Assembly: GCA_035084275.1 (NCBI GenBank) | Contig: CM068748.1 | Coordinates: 18,972,001-19,036,000 of the forward strand | From: Hydrolagus colliei | Taxonomy: Eukaryota | DNA: 64,000 bases | Reading direction: 5' to 3' | Part shown: positions 55,301-64,000 of the stretch, one piece after another | Layout of the letters: every line of letters begins with the position of its first letter | How positions within the stretch are numbered: the stretch's first letter is position 1 | The notes under the pieces: model-generated | Told to the model about the DNA's origin: nothing | Databases searched by the model: none | What the model saw: the letters and a program-made list of their open reading frames with translations, nothing else | Translations under genes and position numbers: made by a program

Positions 55301-58300
55301 TGTAAACGTAGGAGCCAACATTCTGCTTTCTAAATCTATAAAATGAACACTGCCCTGAAATCAAATTGTTATGTTCAGTGTGGATGATTTGAGTTCTGGC
55401 TGCGGTTCATTTAAATATAAATTTCTCCATGAAATCTCTATGAACCAATGTTGCAATAAACCAGATTGAAGAGATTCCAGTCTTAAATGTACTTTGCACA
55501 ATTAATCTAACAATAATAATAATTCTGTGCCTTGGGACATCCTCCCAACGTAAAAGGCACTATACAAATATAATTTATTGTTTGCTTTTGATATAGCAAT
55601 AGCTGTGCGCAATTTGGTTGCCACATTTCGCCCACAAATATACAGTCAATTTTCCTACTCTTCTTCATCCTGCCCCAACCCTTCCCCCACTGCTCTTGTC
55701 CCTACCTAACTGTACAGCGCCTTGGGATGTTCTCTCGACATGAAAGGCACTATATAAATGTAAGGATTGATTGGTCGGTTGGTCAATCGATTGCGTCTTA
55801 TTACATCATCAGAACTTCTCAGCGAACTTCACAAGACTTTTTACCGTGAGGTGAAGATGACTATATTTTCTTAGCGAATACTGCAGCCAATCTACACACA
55901 ACAATGTTCCACAAACAGCCATGAAATAAATGACTAATTTTATCAGGAGGATTGTTGGCCAGAAGATCAGAAGAAACTCCTTTCTCTTTTCAAGTAGAAC
56001 CATGGGAACTTTCTATAACAGTCTCTGAACAGGCAAATGAGAGCATGGTTTAATGTCTCACCTGAGGGATGGTATCTCTAACTAGGCAGCACTCTCCCCT
56101 GTATTGGAGTGTCAAGTTTGTGAGTGCAAAGTTCACAATGTGGGGTTTGAATCCACAACCTTCAGACTTGGAGGCAAAAGTGTTAGCAACTGAACCAGAC
56201 TGGCGCGTGATGATGCATATTATATAGGAAAATAAAAGATTTTTATGGTTCCTCATTACATTGAAATATCTCAAAGCGTTTGAGATGAATAGTTTTTGAA
56301 GACAAATACAGCAGCCATTTTGTACATGCAAAGTCCCACAAGGAGGTGTATGAATCATTAATTTCAAGGATTCTTGGCTGGGACTCCCGTTATCAATCAT
56401 GTTATGAGATGTTTAAAGTTCACCTGAAAAGAGCTGGAGAGGACCTTGTGTAATGCCTCATTTGAAGCACAGGACTCTGCTGCCCTGGAGCATGAACAAA
56501 GACATGTTCAAGTTGTGACAGAGGCTTGAACCTGCAACCTCTGACCCAGAGTCAACAACAACAACAAAATTACATTTATAGAGTGCCTTTCCCGTTGGGA
56601 GGACGTCCCAAGGTGCTGACAAGCTAACACACAAGTAACAGTTATTTATTACGAAGGAACAAATTTTCTGACACATACCACTATAGATATTTTAAACTAG
56701 CAAAGGTAATGCGTAATTGCTGCAGATAGATTGCAATTCCATGTAAATCACTTTAGACACTTTTCAACATTACATGTACCGTGTCAAGGATTATTATCAC
56801 CAATGTTGGAGCTAACGTGCAGTGAAGTAATCTTAGTGGATCTTACCCAAGGTTTATCTATGGTGTACAATACACACAACAATACTTTCACATATCACCT
56901 TTCATGTCAGGAGATGTCTTGAAACACTTTGTTTGTAATGATAATAATAGTAATCCGTGCATTTGATGTAGTGCTTTATTACGTCTTCGAAATGTCTCAA
57001 AGTGCTTCACAGAATATATTTTAACGTGAATTGACTGTGTATTTGTAGGCAAATAGAACTATTTGGTTGCAAATACAATTATTTGTTTAGAACTATGTAC
57101 ACTGTAGAGCATAGAAAGAGACTAGTCAGCCCCTCCGACTATTCCATGTAGGTGTTTATAAACTGCACAAGCTTCCATTTCTACCAATTCCCTCTCCTAA
57201 ACCCACCCCTCTGTCCCTCTATTCCCTTCTTTCATGCATGCGTTACACCTTAAAACTAATAGACAGGATCTCTTCTTTATGTCAGATCTAATGATTACTT
57301 CATTAAACATACTTCTAACTATTTTATAAGCTCACAGGGATTTGGGGGTTGTCTTTCTGTTGCATTTTGTGTAGGGCTGAGAATTTCTAACAACTCCCAT
57401 TAGGTCAATGCTAGGTGAACCAGTGCCTCAGTGATTTGGGGCAACCTGAATAGAAAGGGCTGACCTACTCACTGATCAGCATTGTAAGCATCAGACATAA
57501 TATTGAGTTATTCTGGATAGGACACCCATCAAAGTCTGTCATTCAGAGTATAAAGGACTCAACTTACTTCAAAGGAAACAGCCCTAGAGGTTCATGCTGG
57601 CGAACATCTTATTTGTCTGGGAAATTGTAAACAGATAGATAGATAGATTAATCCACCATGCGGTGTAGGAAAGGCTAAAAAAAACGCAGCATTAGATGGT
57701 AAAAAGTAGAAGACATTTTATTAAAAACTTTCGTTTGAACACCATGGAGTGGGAGCTCCAGCTAGATATAGATTTTTACTTTTACGTTCACATTCGGTAT
57801 TTTCAGAGTGGGTAGAATTTGGCATATTCTTCATTACAGTCTTAACTTTCAAGCCTATTTGCTGTAGTTTTTTTTACAAAAAGATTGGGTCCGAATTTCA
57901 TCATTTTTTTTTGCCATTGGCGCAGCTTATTGAGTGCTGTTCTGGGCCCCTCTTGCTGGAGTGCAGTTCCACAGGCACTGGTTGTTCTCTGGTTATTCCC
58001 ACCCGCCTCCCACTTCTCCCACTTCTGCTCATCTGCCCAAGTGGCCATTATTCATGTGTGGGTCTTGGCAGTGAGTGTTGGCTATCCAGTTGACTGTAGA
58101 GTGTGTTTCAGCCGAGCCTGATCTCTCTCCACCCAGCTACCTCATACATACAAGCATGCACACACATGTACACAGCCATACACACAGCCATTAGAGTGAT
58201 TTAGAGGAATCAAGGAACTCAGGCTGGAGTAGAACTACAAGTTCAGAAAATTCTTAGGGAATATTTACAGAACACTGGCTTTACAGTTAATAGTATATTG

Positions 58301-59114
58301 AAGGATTTGCCATATTCCAGAAACTATGGAATGCTAGAGTAAATATAGATCCAGGTGGAATGTCTATCCCATTGAAACAGCTTCACTTTTTCAATCAGAT
58401 TTGGTCAGTGTCTCATCTACATTCAGGAGTTGTATATGAAAAAAAAATGCAGTTAACGATGGAACAAGGCAATATCATTTCAGTGTTTGTTTGTTGCAGA
58501 ATAATGCATTCATCAGCCTCATTAACCTTCTAACTGTGTTAATTAGTTGCGTCAGAACGGGCAGTCAATGGACGTATTCATACTGATATCAATGGGTCTC
58601 ACAGTGACCAGTCATCCTGTTGTTAACTGCCTACACTACTCTGGGAAGCTGCCCTGCATGAGGGGCGCTGTATAAATGCAAGTTGTTGTTGATACAGTAA
58701 AACTTTTCTCTTTAGAAATTGGATATTCTCCTGAGTCACACTGGAGTCCCATTCACTTTCAAACCAATTTGCCGACAAGATATACGCAGGGTATGCAGGG
58801 AACCATAAGAATGCAAGTTATTGTTGCTGCCGTTGATTTTATTCTGAATTATTCTGATAATATCTCCTTTCTCCAACTAGGGACGCTGCATAAGCTTCAC
58901 CAGAGTGAAAGATAAAGGTCAAGCTGCCCCGTGCAGCACTGCTGAACCCGAAAGGCACACACCTCCCATCGAGAACATCCCTCCAACCTGCGAACCTCCC
59001 AGCCCACCCGCCTCCCCATCTGGGCCATCCCTACGGAGGCCGCCGCCTGGACCCCCTCCTTCGAGGGCACCACCTCCTTTGCGGCCCCCGCCTCGCCCCG
59101 CAACGAGGACCTGA
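9868..59114 (+). CDS. ANTXR1: Anthrax toxin receptor 1-like type I membrane protein (vWA + Ig-like + TM + cytoplasmic tail), 18 coding exons, 562 aa; possibly the ANTXRL/antxr1c paralogue
   Basis: join(9868-10046,17182-17253,17356-17427,17704-17785,17908-17941,19503-19582,19683-19751,20575-20655,20828-20888,25834-25932,28946-29015,34857-34935,36222-36317,36641-36679,38165-38260,44294-44458,45997-46077,58881-59114) gives an uninterrupted 1689-nt frame. Signal peptide, [41 protein letters not shown] and a Pro-rich tail are present. Internal exon sizes match the ANTXR1 pattern as recalled. Confidence 0.95.
10165..10570 (+). repeat. Three-copy local repeat interrupted by a SINE tail
   Basis: AGTTGGAAGTT(G/T)TG...G(C/G)ACC(A/G)GTA units at about 10165, 10418 and 10531; SINE 3' fragment at about 10255-10360. 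Confidence 0.75.
10850..11300. repeat. (CTCA)n degenerate simple repeat
   Basis: cactcactca units; explains the THSL-repeat ORFs. Confidence 0.92.
14050..14350 (-). mobile_element. CR1 LINE 3' fragment
   Basis: GGAAGCCATTCGGCCCATTGTGCCTGTG...CTTCCACCACCCTTTCAGGCTGTGCATTTCAGACC matches the CR1 3' end. Older fragments at about 13000, 22090, 26420, 41700-42120, 43870-44170, 50360-50830 and 50990-51300. Confidence 0.82.
17182..17253 (+). CDS. ANTXR1: ANTXR1-like exon 2
   Basis: 72 nt, [23 protein letters not shown]; flanked by AG/GT. Confidence 0.95.
17356..17427 (+). CDS. ANTXR1: ANTXR1-like exon 3 (GC donor)
   Basis: 72 nt, [23 protein letters not shown]; donor AG|GCAAGT. Confidence 0.93.
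17704..17785 (+). CDS. ANTXR1: ANTXR1-like exon 4
   Basis: 82 nt, [27 protein letters not shown]; contains the MIDAS Thr. Confidence 0.95.
17908..17941 (+). CDS. ANTXR1: ANTXR1-like exon 5
   Basis: 34 nt, [11 protein letters not shown]; CAG acceptor, GTGAG donor. Confidence 0.93.
19503..19582 (+). CDS. ANTXR1: ANTXR1-like exon 6
   Basis: 80 nt, [26 protein letters not shown]; donor GTAAGT. Confidence 0.95.
19683..19751 (+). CDS. ANTXR1: ANTXR1-like exon 7
   Basis: 69 nt, [23 protein letters not shown]. Confidence 0.95.
19815..20420 (+). mobile_element. tRNA-derived SINE split by the hAT MITE
   Basis: B-box-like GGTTTGATTCC, body CCTTACTCCAC...AAGTAGGAAC and tail TCAAATGCAAGG...(TTA)n shared with other copies. 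Confidence 0.75.
19845..20137. mobile_element. Non-autonomous hAT (Charlie-type) MITE, 293 bp
   Basis: TIRs CAGTGGTTCTCAACC / GGTTGAGAATCGCTG; perfect 8-bp TSD GTCTAGAG (19837-19844 and 20138-20145); subterminal TGTACCC repeats. Confidence 0.92.
20575..20655 (+). CDS. ANTXR1: ANTXR1-like exon 8
   Basis: 81 nt, [27 protein letters not shown]; donor GTAAGT. Confidence 0.95.
20828..20888 (+). CDS. ANTXR1: ANTXR1-like exon 9
   Basis: 61 nt, [20 protein letters not shown]. Confidence 0.95.
25834..25932 (+). CDS. ANTXR1: ANTXR1-like exon 10
   Basis: 99 nt, [32 protein letters not shown]. Confidence 0.95.
28946..29015 (+). CDS. ANTXR1: ANTXR1-like exon 11
   Basis: 70 nt, [22 protein letters not shown]. 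Confidence 0.94.
32715..33125 (+). mobile_element. DeuSINE-type element (SacSINE1/AmnSINE1-like central domain)
   Basis: tRNA-like head TGGCTCAATTGGTAGC; Deu-domain-like GTGCTGCATTGGCGGAGGTGTCGTCATTCAGATGAAACATTAAACCGAG...CAGGTGGAC; L2-type tail. Confidence 0.75.
33845..34200 (-). mobile_element. DeuSINE-type element
   Basis: GTTTAATGTCTCATCTGAAGAATGGCACATCCGACA is the reverse complement of the Deu-like core. Confidence 0.72.
34857..34935 (+). CDS. ANTXR1: ANTXR1-like exon 12
   Basis: 79 nt, [26 protein letters not shown]. Confidence 0.95.
35720..36140 (+). mobile_element. CR1 LINE 3' fragment
   Basis: Frameshifted homologue of the 39317 copy (TTTACCCAGAGAGTTGTT...TGGAATGCACTGCCTGA). Confidence 0.88.
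36222..36317 (+). CDS. ANTXR1: ANTXR1-like exon 13 (transmembrane helix)
   Basis: 96 nt, [32 protein letters not shown]. Confidence 0.96.
36641..36679 (+). CDS. ANTXR1: ANTXR1-like exon 14
   Basis: 39 nt, [13 protein letters not shown]; TAG acceptor, GTAAGT donor. Confidence 0.92.
36915..37175. repeat. Diverged tandem array with TTGAATCGTGGGAAATGTAGTC core
   Basis: Related units at 36928, 36989 and 37100, plus a weaker one at about 37157. Confidence 0.6.
38165..38260 (+). CDS. ANTXR1: ANTXR1-like exon 15
   Basis: 96 nt, [32 protein letters not shown]. Confidence 0.95.
38620..39076 (+). mobile_element. L2 LINE 3' fragment nested in a SINE
   Basis: LHWL.../IQFKI-like and [12 protein letters not shown]-terminal motifs; tail CCTTAGGATGTCCTCCTGA...GTAATTTTGTT; SINE sequence on both sides, with CTGCAT at both junctions. 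Confidence 0.82.
39317..39859 (-). mobile_element. 5'-truncated CR1 LINE, young copy
   Basis: Open 140-aa ORF2 C-terminus ([16 protein letters not shown]...[19 protein letters not shown]...[14 protein letters not shown]); (ATTCTATG)2 tail; 9-bp TSD TGAACACTT (39308-39316, 39860-39868). Confidence 0.95.
40630..41580 (-). mobile_element. L2 LINE 3' fragments
   Basis: ORF remnants [17 protein letters not shown]...[24 protein letters not shown] and [11 protein letters not shown], typical of L2 ORF2; (CAA)n tail at about 40628. Confidence 0.88.
42890..43200 (-). mobile_element. tRNA-derived SINE, near full length
   Basis: Reverse complement of the same family as 52660-52983, from tail through B-box-like region. 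Confidence 0.8.
43270..43830 (+). mobile_element. L2 LINE 3' fragment
   Basis: AP.RWNSIP...SFKTYLKT motif and shared L2 tail. Further L2 ends at about 13400-13750, 30625-30830(-) and 42140-42390. Confidence 0.82.
44294..44458 (+). CDS. ANTXR1: ANTXR1-like exon 16
   Basis: 165 nt, [31 protein letters not shown]...RKWYTPVK. Confidence 0.95.
45444..45642 (+). mobile_element. Penelope-like element remnant: palindromic, with degenerate hammerhead core
   Basis: 63-bp inverted arms (45441-45503 / 45545-45607, 7 mismatches); CTGACGAAGGGTTGTAGACCCAAAACGTT in the loop; flanking direct repeat GAATCTTCAACA (45432, 45643). Confidence 0.72.
45997..46077 (+). CDS. ANTXR1: ANTXR1-like exon 17
   Basis: 81 nt, [27 protein letters not shown]. 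Confidence 0.95.
52660..52983 (+). mobile_element. Near full-length tRNA-derived SINE (dominant family in window)
   Basis: A box TGGCTTAGTGG (52667) and B box GTTCGAATCC (52713); tail GTGAAGCGCTTTG...AAATGCAAGG(ATT)n; candidate TSD TAGATAA (52641, 52984). Truncated copies at about 5160(-), 5505, 7670, 10255, 11525, 16070(-), 16530(-), 27865, 28470, 30170, 32150, 47015, 54075(-), 55050(-), 56940(-) and 62085(-). Confidence 0.88.
53775..53880 (+). mobile_element. Second Penelope-like terminal fragment
   Basis: TTGATGAAGGGTTGTGGACCAAAACATTGACTCACTTTCCTTTCTCCATAGATCCTGCCTGACCTGCTGAG, homologous to 45511-45610. Confidence 0.7.
55790..56200 (-). mobile_element. DeuSINE-type element
   Basis: GGTTTAATGTCTCACCTGA core and a B-box-like head near 56145-56190. 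Confidence 0.65.
58881..59114 (+). CDS. ANTXR1: ANTXR1-like exon 18 (terminal, proline-rich)
   Basis: [10 protein letters not shown]...[20 protein letters not shown], resembling the ANTXR1 long-isoform tail (RAPPPSRPPPRP). Confidence 0.94.
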   Translation, partial: GRCISFTRVKDKGQAAPCSTAEPERHTPPIENIPPTCEPPSPPASPSGPSLRRPPPGPPPSRAPPPLRPPPRPATRT

Positions 59115-61830
59115 CGTCACCGGCATCTGCACCGGTAAAAGCAACAAGACGTCCCCAAGAAGAACAGAGACGAGGTTCGATAGAAAAGTACTATTGGATC
59201 TAGAACCAAATATTTATTGAACTTGTGGGTTTCCTTCAAAGGGTAATATCTGTTGCTGTGCAGCAAGAGTTTCCATCTGGAGATCCTTATTCAGTGAAAA
59301 CCTTCCCTGGATGCAAAGACGATGTTGTGTGCACCTGATGTACTTATTCATCTGTTTGGGCGGCAGAAATACACATGGTTGGAAGAGGAAATTTGGGTTG
59401 TATGTAATGGTGCTCGCATTTCTTTGTTTTAATGCTTTATGAAAATATGCGAGAATGACGTTTGCACAGCTTCTGCATTTTTTTTTACAAATTGTTGATC
59501 GGTTTGAAAATTTACCCAAGCAAAATATCTCGTTGACTAAAACTCAAATGTACAGCGCAGCCAGTACTCAGATGATCCACATTGATCATCACAATTTGAT
59601 TTCGGTGCAGCGTTAGTTTTATAGATTCAAAAGGCACATTGTTGGCAAGTTTGTCACATTTTCATTGTGTTTTGGATGAGTGAAACTATAACAACTGACC
59701 ATCAGCTTCAAGCTAAATGGGAGTCATGCTTGTACTGATACCTAAAGGCAAATGGTATGTCAAAAGGAAACCATAGCCAGTGATCAGAGCCGCGTGTATA
59801 ATTAATTTATAGTAATTAAAGCCAGAGGCTAGTTGACCTGCAGATGACTTTTGAAAGTTCCTGGTTGATGCCATTTGACATTGATTGACCTGGCAAATGA
59901 TTAATTCACAGAACTTGGAGCTGTTACTTCAGTTAGACTTAATTCTTTGAGTACGGTCAGTGACCCTGAGCTGTGCTCTTTCGAGAAACAATGGCCTTAA
60001 ACCAAGGGAAGGTTCTTGGCCAGCCATGAATGTTAAGACGCTGTCAGTGGGTGGATGGGTGGATGGGTGGAGGGGGAGAAGGGAAGAAAGACATAAAAGC
60101 AATGGTGTCTATTGCATTGGAAATACAGGTTAACACTCACATTATTCTTTTTTCCCGAACCAGTTTGCAACATGTGTAATTTTAACTAATTTCCTCTCAC
60201 CAAATTTATTAGCCCAGCAACCATAATACAAGATTATTCTCTAGGTTAATGTTCACATCTGTCTGACAGTTTTAACTGCAGACATTTTTACACACGAAAA
60301 GAAACATTTAAGGAGTCTAATCTGGCTCTAATCTGCTTGCCTGCCGGACATCAAGGACTGTACAGATACTCCATATTAATTGACTTTGGCACAAGGACAT
60401 TTTGGTGACACACAACCACGTCTATACTAGTGTTTGACGTAAACAGATGAGAAATACACTCCATGCTGATAAGGAAAATATTGTAAGGCTTTTGTGATAT
60501 TAAAAACTAATTTTACTGCAGGACAGTTAAATGTGTTAAACCATGCAAAACTGTGGTCTAGGTGTAGGTAAGGAAATTGGTTTACGGTGCCCACTACATC
60601 CTCTACCAACTATATGCATGTTATAATAAACAGTATAGAGGCAGCAACATGAAAGCGTGTATGGTTACTTTGCTTTATTAATGGCTAACCTATGAAAGCT
60701 GTGCTTAACCCCTCTTACTAATCAACCATTAACAGCCGATATAATCTCTTTTGACATTTCACATCCGTTGGGAGGGAGATTGATAGAATACCTTTGAGAA
60801 AATTATCGAACAAAAGCTTAACCGCGCATATCATAAAATATCTTAAATGTTCATTCTATGATTAACAGTACACCATGTAAAGTCTTGTCACTTCCCCTCC
60901 CTCCACCCATCACCCTCTCGGTCAATAAATACATTTTGCGGGTGCATTCTCTGACCGCTGATGGCTAATGGATTAACATACTGTTTGGTTTTCGCGTGTT
61001 GCATTGGAACGTCAATATTAAAAGGAGATATAAGACACCACATTTAAGTTGTTAAATGCTTAATTATTTGGGAACAATTATTCTGCAAATCTTGATAAAT
61101 TTTCTTCTAGAAACAAATCTGTTTTTATTTTGTATTCATATAACCATGTCTCCAAATTCCTAGCCTGACCCCTCCGATACATAATGCAACATCACAGTGA
61201 CCTGTTATTTTTTCAACCATTTTTTAAGCAATTTTGCGCCATGTGTAAATGTATGTGTAGTGATGAAAATTGAGGCAGCCCCGAGTTATGTAATGTAACA
61301 ACTAATGAAAGTGTTGGTTGTTAAATTAATAAATCGTCAATTATATAATAAAGGAGCACCTGCAATTCCCTTTTCGCACGTGTACATGTACACATGGCGC
61401 TCAAACCAGCTGTGCTAGCATTTGGTTTGCACATGACAAAGAGCAGGCCCCATGACAAAATTCCACTGGAAAAAAATCCTTTTGTAAGAATTCCAGTGAT
61501 TCATTAGCTAGGTTACATTTATGCCTTAACAACACCTTTTTAATATGCATCGAATAAAAAATTGCTAATAGCGTTGGTTATCACATAGACCGCAACACAG
61601 TTCCACCTCGCGCATATGTGTGGATCAGTGTTCATGGAATGTGTATGTTGCATATCTGTAACTTACCACAACTCTAAATTTATCATTGCATAAAAGAAAC
61701 CTTAAGTTGTAAATGCAAAATACCAATATTTTGCTTTGCATTCCCTAACAGAGAGCTCCTCCCCCTCCACCACAGACAGACATACACAAAGCTTAAACTT
61801 TTTAATTTGGTTGTAAATGTAAGTTGATTG
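59115..61830 (+). other. Probable long 3' UTR with multiple poly(A) signals
   Basis: About 2.7 kb with no recognisable SINE/LINE copies; AATAAA at 60625, 60924, 61328, 61347 and 61553. True end unknown. Confidence 0.55.
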
Positions 61831-63734
61831 ATACCTACAGTTTCAGTTGCAACACTGGGGGAAGAAAAGGAAGATCCTGTTTTAATTGCAACATTGGGCG
61901 AAGAAAATACCTTTTTTTTATATATAGCGCCTTATCATGTTGAAACTTCTCAAAGTGCAGCACAATTTCTATCAAATGTAGTGACTGTTTATTTGTAGGC
62001 AACAAAAAACAAATAAACTGCATCTTTCGTATATAAAATGCCTGTTTATTGTTTTTGAGAAAGTGGATATACGTTACTAAAGGTAATGATAATAATAAAA
62101 GTTGCATTCGATACAGCACCTTATCATGTCATTGAAACATTTCAAAATGCTTTGCAGAATATGCTGTACTGTAAAGTGAATTAACTGTATATTTTAGGGG
62201 CGAGCTCTAACCAATACACGACTCCACATATTACTTTTCACGGCATTATTCGCTAAGTTGATTTCCAGAATTATTTACCAACAATTATACATCCAAGATA
62301 CCGCATACCCAAATAAACTACAGCAGATTCATTTTCAGTGAACCTGTGACATCCCTTCACACATTATAAAAAAAAAGTATCAGGAGATCCTTGTTTCTTA
62401 AGTGTCGTTCAACAACCACACCCAGCAGATAAGAATGAAATGCATGGGAATGTTAACTAATCACAACATAAAACAAAGCTATATCTATGAATGTGTGAAG
62501 AGATTGGGAGTGTGCAGCAAGTTGGGATATCCTTCTGTCATCTGACAACTAATTAACACCAACATTTCCAACACAATATGATCTCGAAAACTCACAGTAA
62601 GGGACCTCCTGCCACCTGAAATGTCTTGGTTTGTAGAATGCTTGAGCGCATGGAATTTATGGCAAAATAGAAAGTTAACTTAGCCTTAGAAAGCAGAAAA
62701 GGAGAGGGTAGCTTTACAGCGTCTTAGCATGTCAAAACATCTCAAAAGTACTTTTGAGTGCAGAGATGATTTTTCGAGGTGTTTAGTAAGGTGGATGGCC
62801 GACTAGATAGACCTGTGGGGAATTCCTCCTCCTGTTTAATTTCTTAGGATAGGAGCGAGGGGAAAATTATCTCTTATGCCACAAGATATCAACATGGAAC
62901 TGTGAATCGCAGACAATGCAATAATAAGGAAACTTATTGAGAGTGAGGCAGCACACACAAAGTAGATGTCAATTCTCATGCACATGTATTCCTCATTTCC
63001 TTCAGTGGTTTCACTCGTGGAAAAATAGCAGTTATCCCAATATTTTAAGAAAATCACGATTTCACAATGTCTATTAAAGGTCTTCTAAGGCTGGGGTCTG
63101 GAAGTCTACAGCTGCCTGTTTTCAAAGACTACATTGTCACAAAAACACTGCAACTAAAGGCAAATGGAGGAGGTTCACAATCTGATGATGAGGCTGCCCC
63201 AGACATAGGGTCACAAGTCACGGGAGTTACAGCTGAGGAGGCCCCTGACGGTGGAGCTACAGGAGGTCATCACCTCTTGCCTCTCAAGACACACAGACAC
63301 AGGGAGAGAGACAGACGCGGACTCAGAGATACGTAGAATTCATAGTCAGCGATACGTACAGACACAGAGAAAGGTACACAAACACACACTCCGGGGGACA
63401 CACGCTGTGGGAAGGACATAGAGATACACATTCAGACCGAGGTGCACACACATGCACACACACACACAATGGTTCAAGCAGTTCCTAGGAATGCACTCAG
63501 AAGTTATAGACACTGAGAATACATCATTATGATCAGTCACCACTGCTTTGGAGCCAAGAGGCTTCTAAAGTGGATCTATAACGGTTCATAACATCAAATT
63601 AAGGTGCATTGTGGAACCATTCTGCCTGCAGGTTGTTCGGCCAGCATGATTAATTGACTGAAGGAACTGATGCACAAAAGTGTGAGCTGTGAAAGACAAC
63701 CTCTTTCCTTCCCCAATCCCCATTGTCCAAACTA

Positions 63735-64000
63735 TTCTAGTCCTTCAGATGAGACATTAAACCAATGCCTTATCTGACTGTTCAGGTGGACCCCAAATAT
63801 TCCAAATGGCATTTATTTAAAAAGAAAAGTGAGTTTCTTCCACTGCCCTGACCAATAATCCCCAAAATAAAATTGGTTACTCATGATGTGGCTGTTGATT
63901 GGATGTTACTGTGCATAAATTGGCTGTAGCGTTTATCAATAGTGAATACTGTCACTACATTTTTAGTAAATCCTGTTAAGCGCCTTGAGACTTCCTCGTG
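63735..64000 (+). mobile_element. DeuSINE-type element, truncated by window end
   Basis: CCTTCAGATGAGACATTAAACC...TTCAGGTGGAC core followed by SINE tail. Confidence 0.7.

Noticed and set aside
63067-63336. 89-aa ORF, or a minus-strand terminal exon of a downstream gene
   Set aside because: No recognisable homology in the frames examined and weak splice signals; cannot be supported without transcript data.
1-64000. CRISPR arrays, operons, rRNA or other prokaryotic systems
   Set aside because: Spliceosomal vertebrate locus; no regularly spaced identical repeats or rRNA motifs seen.

Overview
Vertebrate genomic DNA, most likely a cartilaginous fish such as a chimaera/elephant shark (inferred only from the tRNA-SINE, DeuSINE, CR1, L2 and Penelope repeats). 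It holds a complete 18-coding-exon anthrax toxin receptor gene on the + strand (CDS 9868-59114, 1689 nt, 562 aa by manual splicing). The product is ANTXR1-like and may be the ANTXRL/antxr1c paralogue. Divergently oriented on the - strand is the first coding exon of a PRDM8-like/ZNF488 PR-domain gene (744-959), which continues beyond the left edge. Notable observations: a GC-AG intron; an overlapping uORF; a TSD-bounded palindromic Penelope-derived element with a decayed hammerhead-ribozyme core; a hAT MITE nested in a SINE; a ZNF143-motif tandem array; and several repeat-free, enhancer-like intronic blocks. I found no convincing wholly new system. Exon boundaries and TSDs were read base by base; other repeat boundaries are approximate, and family assignments are from memory without a database search.
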